Below are positions 25,613 to 37,585 of a stretch of 64,000 nt of DNA, one piece after another. Origin of the DNA: Rhizodiscina lignyota (Eukaryota); contig ML978128.1 of assembly GCA_010015805.1 (NCBI GenBank), positions 1,674,001 to 1,738,000 of the forward strand, written 5' to 3'. The notes under the pieces were generated by a model. It searched no databases. It was not told the origin of the DNA and was given only the letters and a program-made list of their open reading frames with translations. Position 1 is the first letter of the stretch. The number at the start of each line of letters is the position of its first letter. The translations under genes were made by a program, and so were the position numbers.

Positions 25613-26949
25613 TTACTTCTTCTTGCCACCTTTCTTGCTCCGCGTCGACTTCGCTGGGGTATCTGCATCCTCTTCAGGCTCCTCCTCAAACGCCTCGCTG
25701 CTCTGCTTATCAACGCCCTTAGTCACCCCAGCCACAGCCGCAGCGTCGCCGACGCTCGGGTTCGCGATCAATTTAGTCGCGTAGTCATCGAGCCCTTCGT
25801 TACTCGTAATAGCTTCATCCTGCACTCTTGCGTCGTCCGCTGCACCACCAACGTCGTCGCGGGCGTCGTTTTGAACGGCCAGCTGCTTAACCAGCCTACT
25901 CGCCTCGCTCTCCTGACCGTTCCACGACCCGCAGGAGGAGCATCGCCACCTGCCGACCTCCTCCAGGCTCTTCGTGCCCGGCGGCGCCTGCCCGTTGACG
26001 AGCCTGCACTGCTGGCAGATCAGCGCGATACGGTTCTTGGCCTGCAACTCGTCCTCGCCCAGGAGGGCCTCCATGATTCGATCGTACCACCGCGACTGTG
26101 TCAGTCCACTGATCGGCGCATATTGTGGGGACGCGTCGCCAAACGCGTTGGGTGCGAATTCGGCACCAGGCGATAATTGCTGTGGTGAGGTAGGCGATGT
26201 AGGCGAGGTAGGTAGTGGGATGGCGTGCGGCGGAGGGAACGGAGAATCGGACTGAGCGGACGGAGGTTGTTGCTGTCCGGAGGGAGAGGATGGCGTCTGA
26301 GCTTGCTTTCGAGGTATGTTCGCGGTAGGTGGAGGCTGGCGGTATATTCTCTGATCTCCTGCGCCTTGCTTCTGGCCCTTTGGTGTGCCCTTCTTGCCAT
26401 CGCCGCCTGCATCTTGCTTGGGCTCTCGTGGAGTGCCGTATTTGTCGAGTAATTGCTGCGTCGAATTGTACTTTGTTTCAGCCTTGAGCTTCTCGATCGT
26501 CTTGTCGCGCTCCTTGTATAGCCCGTCTAGGTAGCTTTGTGAGGATGCCAGGCGCCAGTTGAAGTAGGCGTTTAGCCCGAGACGGCCGCCATAGATCCTG
26601 AATCAAATCAGCGTCCTGAATTGTGAATTGTAGATTCTGTCCCTACAGAACTGGTCCTCCAGCAACGCCGGTGTATTCGTATGGTCCCCAGTTCTGGAGG
26701 CCAGTTCCAACGAAGAGGATGACGAAGACGACGCTGTAGATCAGGATGGCATATAGCACCCAGCCGACACGTATCCGCCTAGCTTGCTGCTTGAGAGAAT
26801 TGTTTCTCGCAGTTTCTTTCGTGATCTTTGTCGCGAGGGCCGACAAGGTCTTCTCGAATGAGGTGTCACCCTGGGTTTAATTGTAAGCAGAGCGTTCACA
26901 CAATCGCGGTTGGCAGGAGACGCACTTTCCATGGCCAGAAAGAAACCAT
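25613..26949 (-). CDS. LNP1: ER junction protein lunapark
   Basis: Starts MVSFWPWK; two N-terminal TM segments; WYDRIMEALLGEDELQAKNRIALICQQCRLVNGQAPPG...WRCSSCGSWN zinc ribbon; two introns. Confidence 0.92.
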
Positions 26950-27228
26950 CCTGCTCTCTTCCAAGCAGGCCAAGGTCTGTAATTGAAAGAAAATCGTAGG
27001 TCATTAGATCATGTCGCGAGCAGTTTAAATATGCCCGGCATTATGGTTAGGCAAACGCGATCAACACGACACGAGCCGCAAGTGTAACTCGAGTCAGGCC
27101 GAAGCCAATGACGATCGACCAGCGCTTGGCATAAGGCTCAAGCCACGCTTACGACTTTAGAGGCCTCTTCTCCGTTGAAGCAATAAGACTTGCTGCTGCG
27201 GCAGTACTTTTGAAGCCTTTTAGGCATA

Positions 27229-30200
27229 ATGTTTCAGGTGTGTATATCTAAAGCATCATCATTGTAGCTACAGCTAACTCCATACAGCGTCTCAAAGGCG
27301 CAATTGACAGCCGCATAGCGGAGGAGCAAGCACGCCAAAGAGCGGCAGTAGAGCAGGCACGATTATCACCTAGCAGAGGAGGTGGTCCAGTACGAAGGTC
27401 GAGCTCGAATGCCCGATCTCCGGGGAATCGTACTCCCCGACAAGCAGATGCGAAATCCACGTTTCCAAACGGAAGGCCCCCTGACCCCGCCGAATTCGAG
27501 CCGGAATTTGTTATAGGCGAAGATGATACGCCCATACCTAGCAGGTCCTCTACACCGAAAGTGCAGGGTGAGGAGGATGCCGAGAAGACGGTAGCGGGCG
27601 AGGAAGCTGCAGGTGAGAGGAGCGAGAAGAAGGAGGAAGCCGCCGAAGAAGGGGAGAGCGAGAAGGCCGCGTCTGCAAGGGATAGCAAACCTACAGCTGT
27701 GCAAATACCACTTGAAGCTCGGAAAAGGCTTCTGCGATTGGAGAAACTGGAACCAAAGTATCAAGGTATGTGCATTCTTAGTTGACCTTGAACTCGCATC
27801 ATCGCAATGTATAGCCATTGCACGCTTCGACGAGATATTGCTCTCTTTAGACCGAGCAGGCAATCGTAGCCGCGCACTAGCTACCAATTGAACACCATCG
27901 CTCACTCCGCGGATGTAGAACTCCTCCGATCATATCGAATTGCGCACGCCAAGGTTCTGACCATTGAACCCTTCGAGGCCACACTCCGCGAGAATACACC
28001 CCTCACCTCCATCGCCGATCCCGGAGCCTTTGTGGAATATTTGAATCAGGTCAATCTGAAGGCGAATATGGTCATGGACGAGCTGAAGCGTCTCTCTGGG
28101 GAGAAAGATGAGCTGAAAACGAAATTGGAGGCTGCGGAGAAGAATGCTGCAGACACGCGACAAGAATTGGATCAGCTTCGTGAGCAACACACGGCAAATG
28201 GCTCAGAGGGAAAGGCTGCGGACGGCACAAGTCCGACCATATCTTCACCGAAGGAAGCAACATCTCCAACTGTCAAGTCGCCCAGCCAGAAAGCATCAGA
28301 CGGTCTACCGTCAATCTCTACCTTAACTTCCCCCACGATACAGGCCGATGACAAGGGCGAGGACTTCTTTTCATATGAGAGCGAGGTGCCGAGACTCGAA
28401 TCTGAGCTCCGCGAAAGCCAGAGCAAAGCCACAAAACTGGAATCTGAGAAGGAGAAGCTCAAGAACGATCTCTCCGTTGCACAGGAATCAGCAGAGCAGC
28501 TCGTGAAGAATTTGGAGACTGCGACACGCGACCTGCAGAGCATGAGGGAGGCGAACGACAAGACAATGTCTGAGGCGGCCGATCAGAAGAAGGAGCAGGA
28601 AACGATTCTTGATGACATGAAAAGTAAGCTCGAAGCTGCTGAGAAGGAAGTCGAACATTATCGTGAACGCGTCCCGGAACACGACAAGATTGTGGCCGAC
28701 CTCAAGGAGAACATCTCGACATTGGAACGCGATATTGAGTCATTACGAACTTTATCCTCGTCGTCAACATCAGCGCGTGATGATGAAGTCAAAGATCTCC
28801 GGGACAAGCATGATCAACTGGAAAAGCAGCTCTCCGAGTCGGAGAAGGCGCGTTCGGAGCATGTGAAGCGTAGTGAGACGTTGAACGGCCTTGTCCAGAC
28901 GGTTAGAACTCAGCTAAAGGAAGCAGAGGCAGAGAAAGAAAAAGCAGCATCGGAATTGGTCAAATTACGTGAGCAGTTGCGCAGTGTGGAAGAAGATAAG
29001 AAAGAGGAAGAGGCAGCTCCAAGTGGTGCTGGACCTAATGGCACTGCGGAGGGTTCTGGGACGCCGACTGGACCAAGCGAGGGTGCATTAAAAAGGAAGA
29101 ACAAGAAGAAAAAGAAAGGCGGCAAAGCTACCGCTGACTCTGCTCTGGCCGCTGGGTCGACCACTCCCACAGTTGAAAAGTCTACCGCATCACTTAGTGG
29201 ACAAGATGATTCTCAAGCACTTAATACTCTGAAGGCTGAACTTGAAGCTCGCATCGCTGAGCTTGAGAAGACCATTGAAGAGAAGGACGTTGCAATTGAA
29301 CGACTCAACTCCAAGCTTAAGGATCAAGACGACCTAAAAGAAGAGATCGAAGGCTTGAAGCAAGACCTGTTGGACGTAGGCCAAGAGCACGTCGAGGCCA
29401 AAGACAGGCTGAAAGAGTTGCACGCTGAGAAGTCTGCGACTGCTGAATTGATTGAGAAGCTAGAGAAGGAGGTCGCTGAATTACGCACGAAAGGCACGGA
29501 AGGCGAAGCGTCCGAGCAGCAGCGTCAGACTCTGGCGAAGGACTTTGAGACTCTGAAGGCGAAGGCTGATTCTCTTGAGACCGACTTGTCGGCAGCGCAA
29601 CAGCTAGCGCAGACGAGGTTTAAAGACTTGACGGATCTGAGAGAGGTCCTACAAAAGGTGCAGCCGGAGCTTAATGGGCTCCGCAAGGAAGTCGCTGAGT
29701 TGAAGGGTGTGAGAGAGGAGCTGACAGCAAAGTCGGCCGAGTTGCGCAAGCTCGAGGGCCGAGAGAGAGATCTCAAGGCTGAAGTCGGGAAGTTCAAGTC
29801 GCAGGTTTTCGACAAAGACACGGAGATTCGCTCCCTAAACGAGAAGGTTGCCAAATCTGTTAAAGACCAAGCCGCAACTGAGGATGCAATTCGACAAGGA
29901 CAGAGAGACTTCCAACGTGTCGACAACGAGCGAAGGGAAGCCGTTGACGCCCGAGACAGACTCAACAGAGACTACACAAAGGCGCAGGAAGAACTTCGAG
30001 CTGCGCGCGAGAGCCTGCGCTCCCTTGAAAAGCAGTGTGAGAAGCTTACGCACGACGCTGAAGGTCTCCGAGACGAGATCGGGCTGAAATCAGCACAGTA
30101 TGCAAGTGCGCAGAGTCTCATGACGAGTATGCAGGATCAGACGCAAGAGATGGGCGCGCAGATGAAGGAGGTCCGCGAGCGTTGCGAGAGCCTAGAAGAA

Positions 30201-31132
30201 GAGCTGGCAGACGCGCATAGGCTGCTGAGCGAGCGCAGTCGCGAGGGCGAAACTATGCGCAGGCTCTTAGCCGATGTGGAGGGCAGAGCTGAAAGCAGGA
30301 TCAAAGAGATGCGCGAGCGCATGGACCTTGCTGTTGAAGAGCGCGACAGGGCTGAGGAACAGGCGAACAGCATGGGCAGGCGGAAGGCGAGAGAATTAGA
30401 AGAGCTTAAACAGAAAGCTCGGGATGCGGAACGAGAGCTTCGGCGGGCGATCGCGGATAAGGAAGATCTGGAAGCTGTCGAAAAGGATCTTCGAAGACAG
30501 AAGGACGATTTGGAGCGGAGAGCGGCGAAGACGACGGACGAGGTTGCAGAGGTCCGGCAGGCGATGGGTCAGTTGCGCGATGCATTAGACGACACGGAGA
30601 GACAAACTAGAGAATTGGAGAAAGACAAAGCAGATCTTCGAAAAGTCCTGGAGGATACACAACAGCGGCTGGAGAAGGTACAGAGATCGAGCAAGGTATG
30701 ACCTACCCGATGCAGTGTTAATTACAGCATACTAATAATTCACAGCTCATGGCCGAAGAACTCAAAGCTGCCAAGGCTCGAGTGGTCGACTCGAACGTTC
30801 AGTCGTCGCGCTCATCCATGGATCTATCATCCTCACCAGCCCGCGTTTCTTCCCCGATGTTGAGTAAAGGCAGGACACCGTCAACAGCAACAATTGAGGG
30901 TGCGGCAGGTCCTGCATCAGGCCAAACCGACTATGTCTATTTGAAGAACGTGCTCTTGCAGTTCTTGGAGCAGAAGGACAAGAAACACCAAATGCAGCTC
31001 GTTCCGGTCTTGGGCATGTTGCTGCGATTTGATCGGTAAGTGCCCCCAATGAACGCATTCGTATTTGGCCGAAACTGATGGCTCCGCAGGAAGGACGAGC
31101 AGAAGTGGATGGCGGCTATTTCAGCTCGATGA
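27229..31132 (+). CDS. IMH1: GRIP-domain golgin (Imh1-like coiled-coil protein)
   Basis: MFQ|RLKGAIDSRIAEEQARQ start; ~900 aa heptad-rich coiled coil; C-terminal DYVYLKNVLLQFLEQKD...LVPVLGMLLRFD GRIP motif; four introns. Confidence 0.88.
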
Positions 31133-31901
31133 GCGTCTTGTATGATCTGGCGATAACCCACAAGAAGACCTGATCCGACAACTTTAGGATATATGCCAGG
31201 CCGATGTATCATATGTAGTCACGTCATAATACTTAATACCGGATCTCCGAAAGTTGAACGAGATGATCTGGTTCCGAGCGGGCGTTGCATAGCTTATGGT
31301 TCTCTGGGGTTTCATATATATCGCAGACATGATTGTCCTGGATGTGCACAAGCATGAGCGAACTTGTACTATACTTGAATCCATCTTTCAATTATGTACT
31401 GGAGTCCTTAAAGGGAAAGGCGAGATACCGAGGTAATATGCTTTGCCCTCACGAAGGCTATACTTACTTGCAGCGGAGCTGTGTGTGGGGGTTTAGTTCG
31501 AACGTCACTGGAGTGTTAAACACAGCCTTGAGACTTTGCGATTACTGCATGCTCGTCCCGAAAAGGCTATCTTTACCCCGAGTTATCATGTGTATGCAAG
31601 AGCTAAGCGACCGAGGTCAGAGAGACATTTTGCCAAAGGTCATGCTTTCAACGTCATGTTATCATTCCAGCAAGATCGAAGCAAGCGCTCAGAAAGGAAA
31701 TGTGCTCGAAAAATCGAGACGCCAGCATACCGGAACCATGCATCTTCTCAGAAGAAAAATGTAAAGTGTAAAACCGATCATGAAAGCCTGCCATGATATT
31801 GTGTAAAGAAACATGGAAAGATCTTCGTGACGCACCCGATATCCATTGGAGGATATTAGTCGTCTTGCCAGTGGTTCCGAACTATTCGAGTTTGCCGGCG
31901 C

Positions 31902-33581
31902 CTAACGGGTATAGTGCAGAGGGCTTCGGCGAAAGTCCTTCGAAAACATTTCTGCCATTCGCTCCACCTTCCTTGCGGCCGGGAAGAAATAGCTGCCATC
32001 CTTATCGCGGTTCTCTTTTTTAGGGGCCGCCGATCTTCGCATCATAGAGACGATTTGCATTCCAGTACCTAAAGCAGAGGGTTCTCTGGTAACGGGGAGT
32101 GTGGACAGTTTGACTGGAATCCAACAGCGAACATAGACCTTGGCGGTTGGCAGGATAGACGGGATAGTACGAGTATCGTTGACCTTGACAGGTAGAAATG
32201 CCTTGAAGCGCTTCGCAATCGCCTTAGCATTCCTTTTCGCCAGGGGGTGGGGTTGGAGACCCAAGGCCAACGATTTGTACTGCTTTCTATCGATATCTGC
32301 ATCGAGCTCATCGTCGGTGGCATTATCATCATCAAGGAACGGCGAGTCCGAGCCCGATGTATTCTCTGGCCTGCCTTGTTGGACGCCCGGTACATGAAAG
32401 CAGGGAGCTGTGTGGAGTTGTTATTGTTGCCCTGCAAAATCCTGTCGACCTGCAGAATCTCACTTGCAGGTGGGAGTAATGAGGAATGCTCCACCCAGCC
32501 ATTGTGTGTTTCACTCCAGAAGAGTTCGTGGGTGTCGTCAGTCTCTTCGTTATGGAAGAGTTGTTTCTGCCCATGCGTACCACGGAGGACGGCGATTTCA
32601 TGGAACGGCACAGCACGTGAAGGCTCGGGCGCTGCCAGTGGTTTGTATCTCTATGACGGCGAGTTAGATACGGAAGATAGTTTGAGAATGGTAGACTTAC
32701 GCCTCCTAAGCTTCCAACCACTGCTGCTTCCCTTGAGTTGGCCTTTCTCCGTTTTGATGGACCTTTGGGAGCATCATAGTTCTCCTCATCATCGTCATCA
32801 TCTTCATCTTCATCTTCATCTTCTGAGCTGACGACGAATGAGTCTGTAGCTTTTCGCTTAAGACCTTTGGAGGAGGAAGAGTTGGTATTAGCGCCGGTCA
32901 GATCGATAAGGTCAACAGACTCTTTCTTGACTGGGCTCGAGGAGTTGAGCGTATTTGCCTTGGTTGCAGCTGTTGAGGTGGTTGCTGGTGTTGAGGCGGT
33001 GATAGTAGTGGCTCGGTCGGCTGTAGGAGTTGGAGTTGCGTTCTCCGGTGCAGACTGGTTGAGGCCAAGGAACGCCTGCAACTTAAGTCAGTGAAATACT
33101 GTGAAAATGGGTACGTCTCCGACATACCAGCAGACACTGAGCCTGCTCGTCCGAAAGATTGAGCGTAATGTTGATTGGTGGCATTTTCTGGGACTGAGAA
33201 GAAATTAGCGTTAGAGATTCTCATAAGTGACTTACTACTGAGTGTTGAATGCTTGCCGGTAACAGTGTGAAGCTTGCTACTGCTGAGAGCAGAAGACTTG
33301 TTCGCAAGAGTATGAACCTTGCTGCTGAGGCCAGGAGGCTTGCTGGTAAGAATGTGAAGCTTGCTGGTAAGAGTGTGAGGCTTGCTGGTAAGAGTATGAA
33401 GCTTGCTACTGCTGAGAGCAGAAGGGCGGTTGGTAAGGGAAGGAATTGTAGTAGAAGGGTTGGTGGAAGAGTAGAAAGGTAGATGAAGGCGAAGAGAATT
33501 ATTAGAAGTGGGGTATCGGGAGGTTGATAATGCGAAGCTGGTAAGTAGTAAGAAGGAAGTCGCAGCCCTGGTGACTTCCAT
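31902..33581 (-). pseudogene. Frameshifted, 3'-truncated paralog of the unknown protein at 37586-38857
   Basis: Three plausible introns (~33195-33236, ~33076-33127, ~32651-32700); acidic and NLS-like N-half; HSSLLPPASEILQVDRILQG...AKAIAKRF...RCWIPV...GTGMQIVSMMRRS...AARKVERMAEMFSKDF aligns with the + copy. Frameshifts near 32370 and 31935. Confidence 0.7.
33245..33435. repeat. 21-bp coding tandem repeat (SKLHTLT-like heptapeptides on - strand)
   Basis: gcttgctggtaag recurs at 33338, 33359 and 33380, with a variant at 33401; a longer block aagcttgctactgctgagagcagaag occurs twice. Confidence 0.85.
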
Positions 33582-34193
33582 CGTCGATCTGGAGTTGTTC
33601 TTACATCAAGGCAGTACAGCTTGGTGCAAGTTCAGAGTGGGAAGGCACCTTGCCGGCCGGATATGGATATCTTCAACTCACCGATAGACATAGATTCTAT
33701 AATGCCTCCAATTGGGATGGATATATGTTTAAGGGGCAGGCGTTGGTTAAGCCTTATGCGATTCCTGTGAACGAAGTGCCGTCACGGACTTGACGTTAAT
33801 AGCCCCTCACTCGTAACGTGATCTAGGATACTCCGACCCCTTCGATGATTCCGCCACATCGATGCTTACTTAGCGAAATTAGGGTTCAACTTCCATTGTT
33901 AAAGTGGTATAATCGCATGTGAAATGAATAAAATTTACACATACCTCTACAGGTTTGGCATTTAGAAGACGAATTGGACCCCCCCTTCACCTTAATAATC
34001 ATTGATGTGGCGGAATCATCGAAGGGGCGAATACGACGCAGACATGAGAGCATTCATGCCTTGTTCGATCGGCAGCTTCATTCATTCAACATCGTCCCGG
34101 TAATGTTATACCCAATCTCCCTCGGGTTGTTCATACTGCGGACGAACTCACACCCAATAGCAGCAATCGGCTCCAAACGCAAACGGGCAGACG

Positions 34194-35211
34194 ATGATGC
34201 CAATGCATGGAGCCCTTGCCCCGCCACGCCAACGTCCAGTAATCGAAAACGGCCTCGCTCCACGGAACACGTCTGCAACCAAGAGCTCAGCTATCGGGGA
34301 AATGGGCGCAGGACAAAAGAATCAGACCGGAGGAGGAGCTTCGTCTGTGCCTGCTCGTCCCTTTCAGCAGCGTGCAAACTATGTTGAGGACCCGCACGAA
34401 GCCTATCAGGCTAGTGTGAACGATGCGCAGATCGGCTTATTCGATAACCTTGATGCATTCATGAACATGGAATCGTACAATACGGAGTCTAAAGACATGG
34501 CTACGGAAGGGCCCGAGCCAATCGTCCATCCAATGGGAGTCTTTCGATCTGTCGAATGATGGTCACGTCTGCCGTTTCTGTTAGTCCGTCTCCCCGTCTG
34601 GCAATGAGCTCTATGCCTATCTTCCGGCCTACCAAGCGCAATCCACGAAGAGCTGAAGGCTGCCGGACCCGAAAAGCGAAAGGAAACCACTAATTCCGTG
34701 CACATTCCTACCTCTACGTCCGTTTTCCAGCATCGTGTCATAGAAGGACGAACATTCGTGCAAAACCAGATCGGGCTCGATCCATACCTTTTATATGTAA
34801 CCGCTCAAATCTTCGCCAGACCGCAAATCTACGAAATTCATTCATTTTCGGCCGGAGAGAGGCTGACCGTATGTTCCAGAACTGCGAACGGCATACTCAC
34901 GGATCTCGCAACGCAACGCGAATGTGACTCTGACGGCAAAACTAAGCTCGCACATCTCATCGCCGATGAGCTTGTTCAGTGGATACAAGCTACAGTTGCC
35001 GAAAACCCTGCCAATGTAAGTCTCGATCTTACGTAGATCTCATGCGCATTTGCTCACACCTTCACAGTTCTTTTCGAGTATCGACGAGAACCACTGGCGT
35101 GCACTCGCTGAGCGTGTTGTCCATGATAACTCTTCGTCCGTCCTCAACACGACAACAGACTCAACGGTAGTCAAGGCCTACTCTGAAGTTGCAACTTTGC
35201 CAGTCAAGTGA
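34194..35211 (+). pseudogene. Degraded hypothetical gene
   Basis: ORFs 34194-34559 and 34698-35036 share a frame separated by two TGA stops; a canonical intron (gtaagt 35016...ctcac...cacag 35068) leads to a short last exon. Confidence 0.4.
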
Positions 35212-35442
35212 GTGATAAAATAGTTGAGTCGTGGCTGCGATATATAGAGCTACGAGGATGTATATCCTCGATAGTTAATATAAGTTATATACGCCGAAGC
35301 TGCGTGTTTTAGATAAACGAACTCTAGTATATAATTTATCGACCTTTCAGAGATGCTCTTGCTAGGGTTGAAGAAGAAACCTCGCTTCTGCTAAATACGT
35401 TCAAACTTCATAGGACTCAACTATTTTGTCACTCTCGTACTA

Positions 35443-36267
35443 GTGTCTACTGCGGTCGAGCCGCTATACCTCTCACACCGCCTTTCACACCAGTTGGCTA
35501 CGGAGCCGATTCATTCTACTGAGCCAACAGCTTCTAAGTCAGCTCCTATCGTGTCGTCTTTGTGGCAACGCCGCCTGGAGTTCATCAGAGGTTGGACAAT
35601 AATCCCTACGAGCGGTGCAGGATTCCTCTGCGCAATGCGTGCAATCTGCCACTCACTCAAGGCCTAACATGGCGTTGATTGTACCATGGAAGAACTTCTA
35701 GCCGTCATGAACGATGAAGAGACGGTTAAGGCGACGACACAGTGCCCGGAGTGGAGGTTACACTCATATGAGAATCTCGCAACCGACCACCTGGCGATGA
35801 GCTTGCTAAGCTGGGGTATCCAACACGGTCATAAATTCGTCCTTGGTGTCTGGGTCGTCGGTGGAAAGCCGCCCGTTGCACACAAATACCTCGTTCCATC
35901 GTTATTCGATTCCAATCCGGAGAGGAAAGTGGTATATGTCCACAACAACAATGAAGAGAAGCTTGGAATTGACAAGAATGGCAAGGAGGTTATACACGCA
36001 TACGGTCATTGGAGTGGATTGCGGCCAGACCTGCCCAAAAACGCCACCCCAATTGTGTCTGATGTTCAGAAGAAGACCAACTTCTACGAGAGTATCGCGG
36101 TGAAGTCAGAAGTACCAAAACTACCGAGCTCCGCAATCAACAAGACGCAAATGACCCCCGGAAAATCCGCCAGTATCCTTGACCTTGGGACTCGACAACC
36201 AACAAGGTCGCAAAGACACAGATGTCCTACCCGGGCGACCGACATGTCCCGTCTACTCGAACATTAG
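35443..36267 (+). pseudogene. OTU-like cysteine protease relic (one in-frame stop)
   Basis: IIPTSGAGFLCAMRAICHSLKA*HGV continues in the same frame to VVYVHNNNE...GHWSGLRP. Cys-loop and His-motif spacing resembles OTU-type papain-fold peptidases. Confidence 0.45.
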
Positions 36268-36728
36268 TACATCAGCCATGGAGAGAGCTGCTTACGATAG
36301 CCATGACGATATCTTCAGAGATGATAGTATAAAAGACAGAATTGCCCGTCGTCTGGCTCCGATATGTGTGCCGCATTTACCAGGAAACGTCGAGCTTCTC
36401 CATAACTCCGTCTCAAGGTGGCGGCAGCAGCACTTGTGAGACTAGCGAGACCGATATATGGAAGCCTAGGGACGTTCCGTGTTGGAAGTCCTCCAGATCT
36501 AACGGCGGCATTGAGGTGGCTTCTGCCATAATTGAACGTGTTGCGGCGCTCGAGTTTGGATCGGAGTTACTCCTTGAACTTGGTGAGATTGTACAGCCAA
36601 ACTTGAAGCCATATCTCCCGGAGAGCGGACAATCAATACACGACGAAATCCGGAATAGTCTGCAAGAGCAAGTGCTATTCATGCTTGGAGGACAACAATG
36701 GCGCGCTAGAGTGAAAGAAGCCCAATGA

Positions 36729-37035
36729 CGAACTCGATCTCGATGTGCAGGCTGGAAGCTGAGAGACTTGGTTGAATTTGAGCAAAGTTAGCTTGATGTA
36801 TACAAGCTGTAAGTTAAGCTCCTGTAAATAATTGAACAAAAGCTCAACCTCTACGCACAGACCGAAAACTGAGCGAGTGTACTTAGTTAAAGCAAAGCTC
36901 GACCTTCATGCGCAAACTCGGAGTCGAAGGAATTCGCTAAATTCAAGCAAAGCTCGGTCTATGTGTGCAGGCTACAGGTAAGGCTCCCGCGAGTAATCAA
37001 ATGGAGCCCAACTTCTACATGTAGATGGAACGCCA
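36729..37035. repeat. Degenerate 55-bp tandem repeat array (~5-6 units)
   Basis: aaagct/aaagtt anchors at 36784, 36839, 36894 and 36949; tgtgcaggct at 36744 and 36964 (4 x 55 apart). Confidence 0.7.
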
Positions 37036-37039
37036 ATAC

Positions 37040-37585
37040 CAATGCGTACAATAAATTAAATCCTTGATGGCTGGGTCGAACATCAAAGACGGGTATCCGA
37101 TGAGGCGAATGGAGCTAATTCTCAATGAGCTCAGTCAGCCGCACTTACAGTACATGTTCTAAGCAGACGCCGCGAATGGTTACTGGGCTGTCCTAATCGC
37201 ACCAGAGCACGTGTGTAAGACTGCATTCTCGACGATCTTTGGACAGATGTGCTACTTGCGTATGGGGTAGGGACTTACTGGTGCACTAACAACGTATTTA
37301 AAGCTGAAAGACATTGTAATAGGATACATTCCTATGCCTAACTCGGAACTCCCCCTGTCAGAGGTTATGAAAGAGCACGTGTCTTTTGAATACTTCGTCG
37401 ACGATGATCTGGGAGGGGTAGATACCTTCCTTAATTTGGTCCGCTTTCTGTATGAATTTTACTTCCTACGGCTATGCTTTGCGAAGTTATCACTGAACCC
37501 GAACAAGTCAATCTTCTTCACAAGTACTCTGAAGGTGCTTGATTGGCATCGTGGTCCGGAGGGGTTGAGGCCTACAGTCGACAAG
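37040..37585 (+). mobile_element. Ty3/Gypsy LTR-retrotransposon reverse transcriptase fragment (decayed)
   Basis: IKDGYPMRRMELILNEL...YMF*ADAANGYWAV...KTAFSTIFGQMCYLRMG*GLTGA...YFVDD...LSLNPNKS...EGLRP. Stops TAA 37160 and TAG 37268 fall at probable Gln codons. No LTR, protease, RNase H or integrase seen. Confidence 0.9.

Noticed and set aside
31925..31940. Programmed frameshifting at the 1-nt shifts (also ~14160 and ~32370)
   Set aside because: No slippery heptamer or stimulatory structure seen; simple indel decay or homopolymer sequencing error is more likely.
35253..35270. Short hairpin cgaggat-gtat-atcctcg
   Set aside because: A 7-bp stem is expected by chance in 64 kb.
33245..37035. 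Tandem arrays as CRISPR candidates
   Set aside because: Eukaryotic context, degenerate units without unique spacers, no cas genes.
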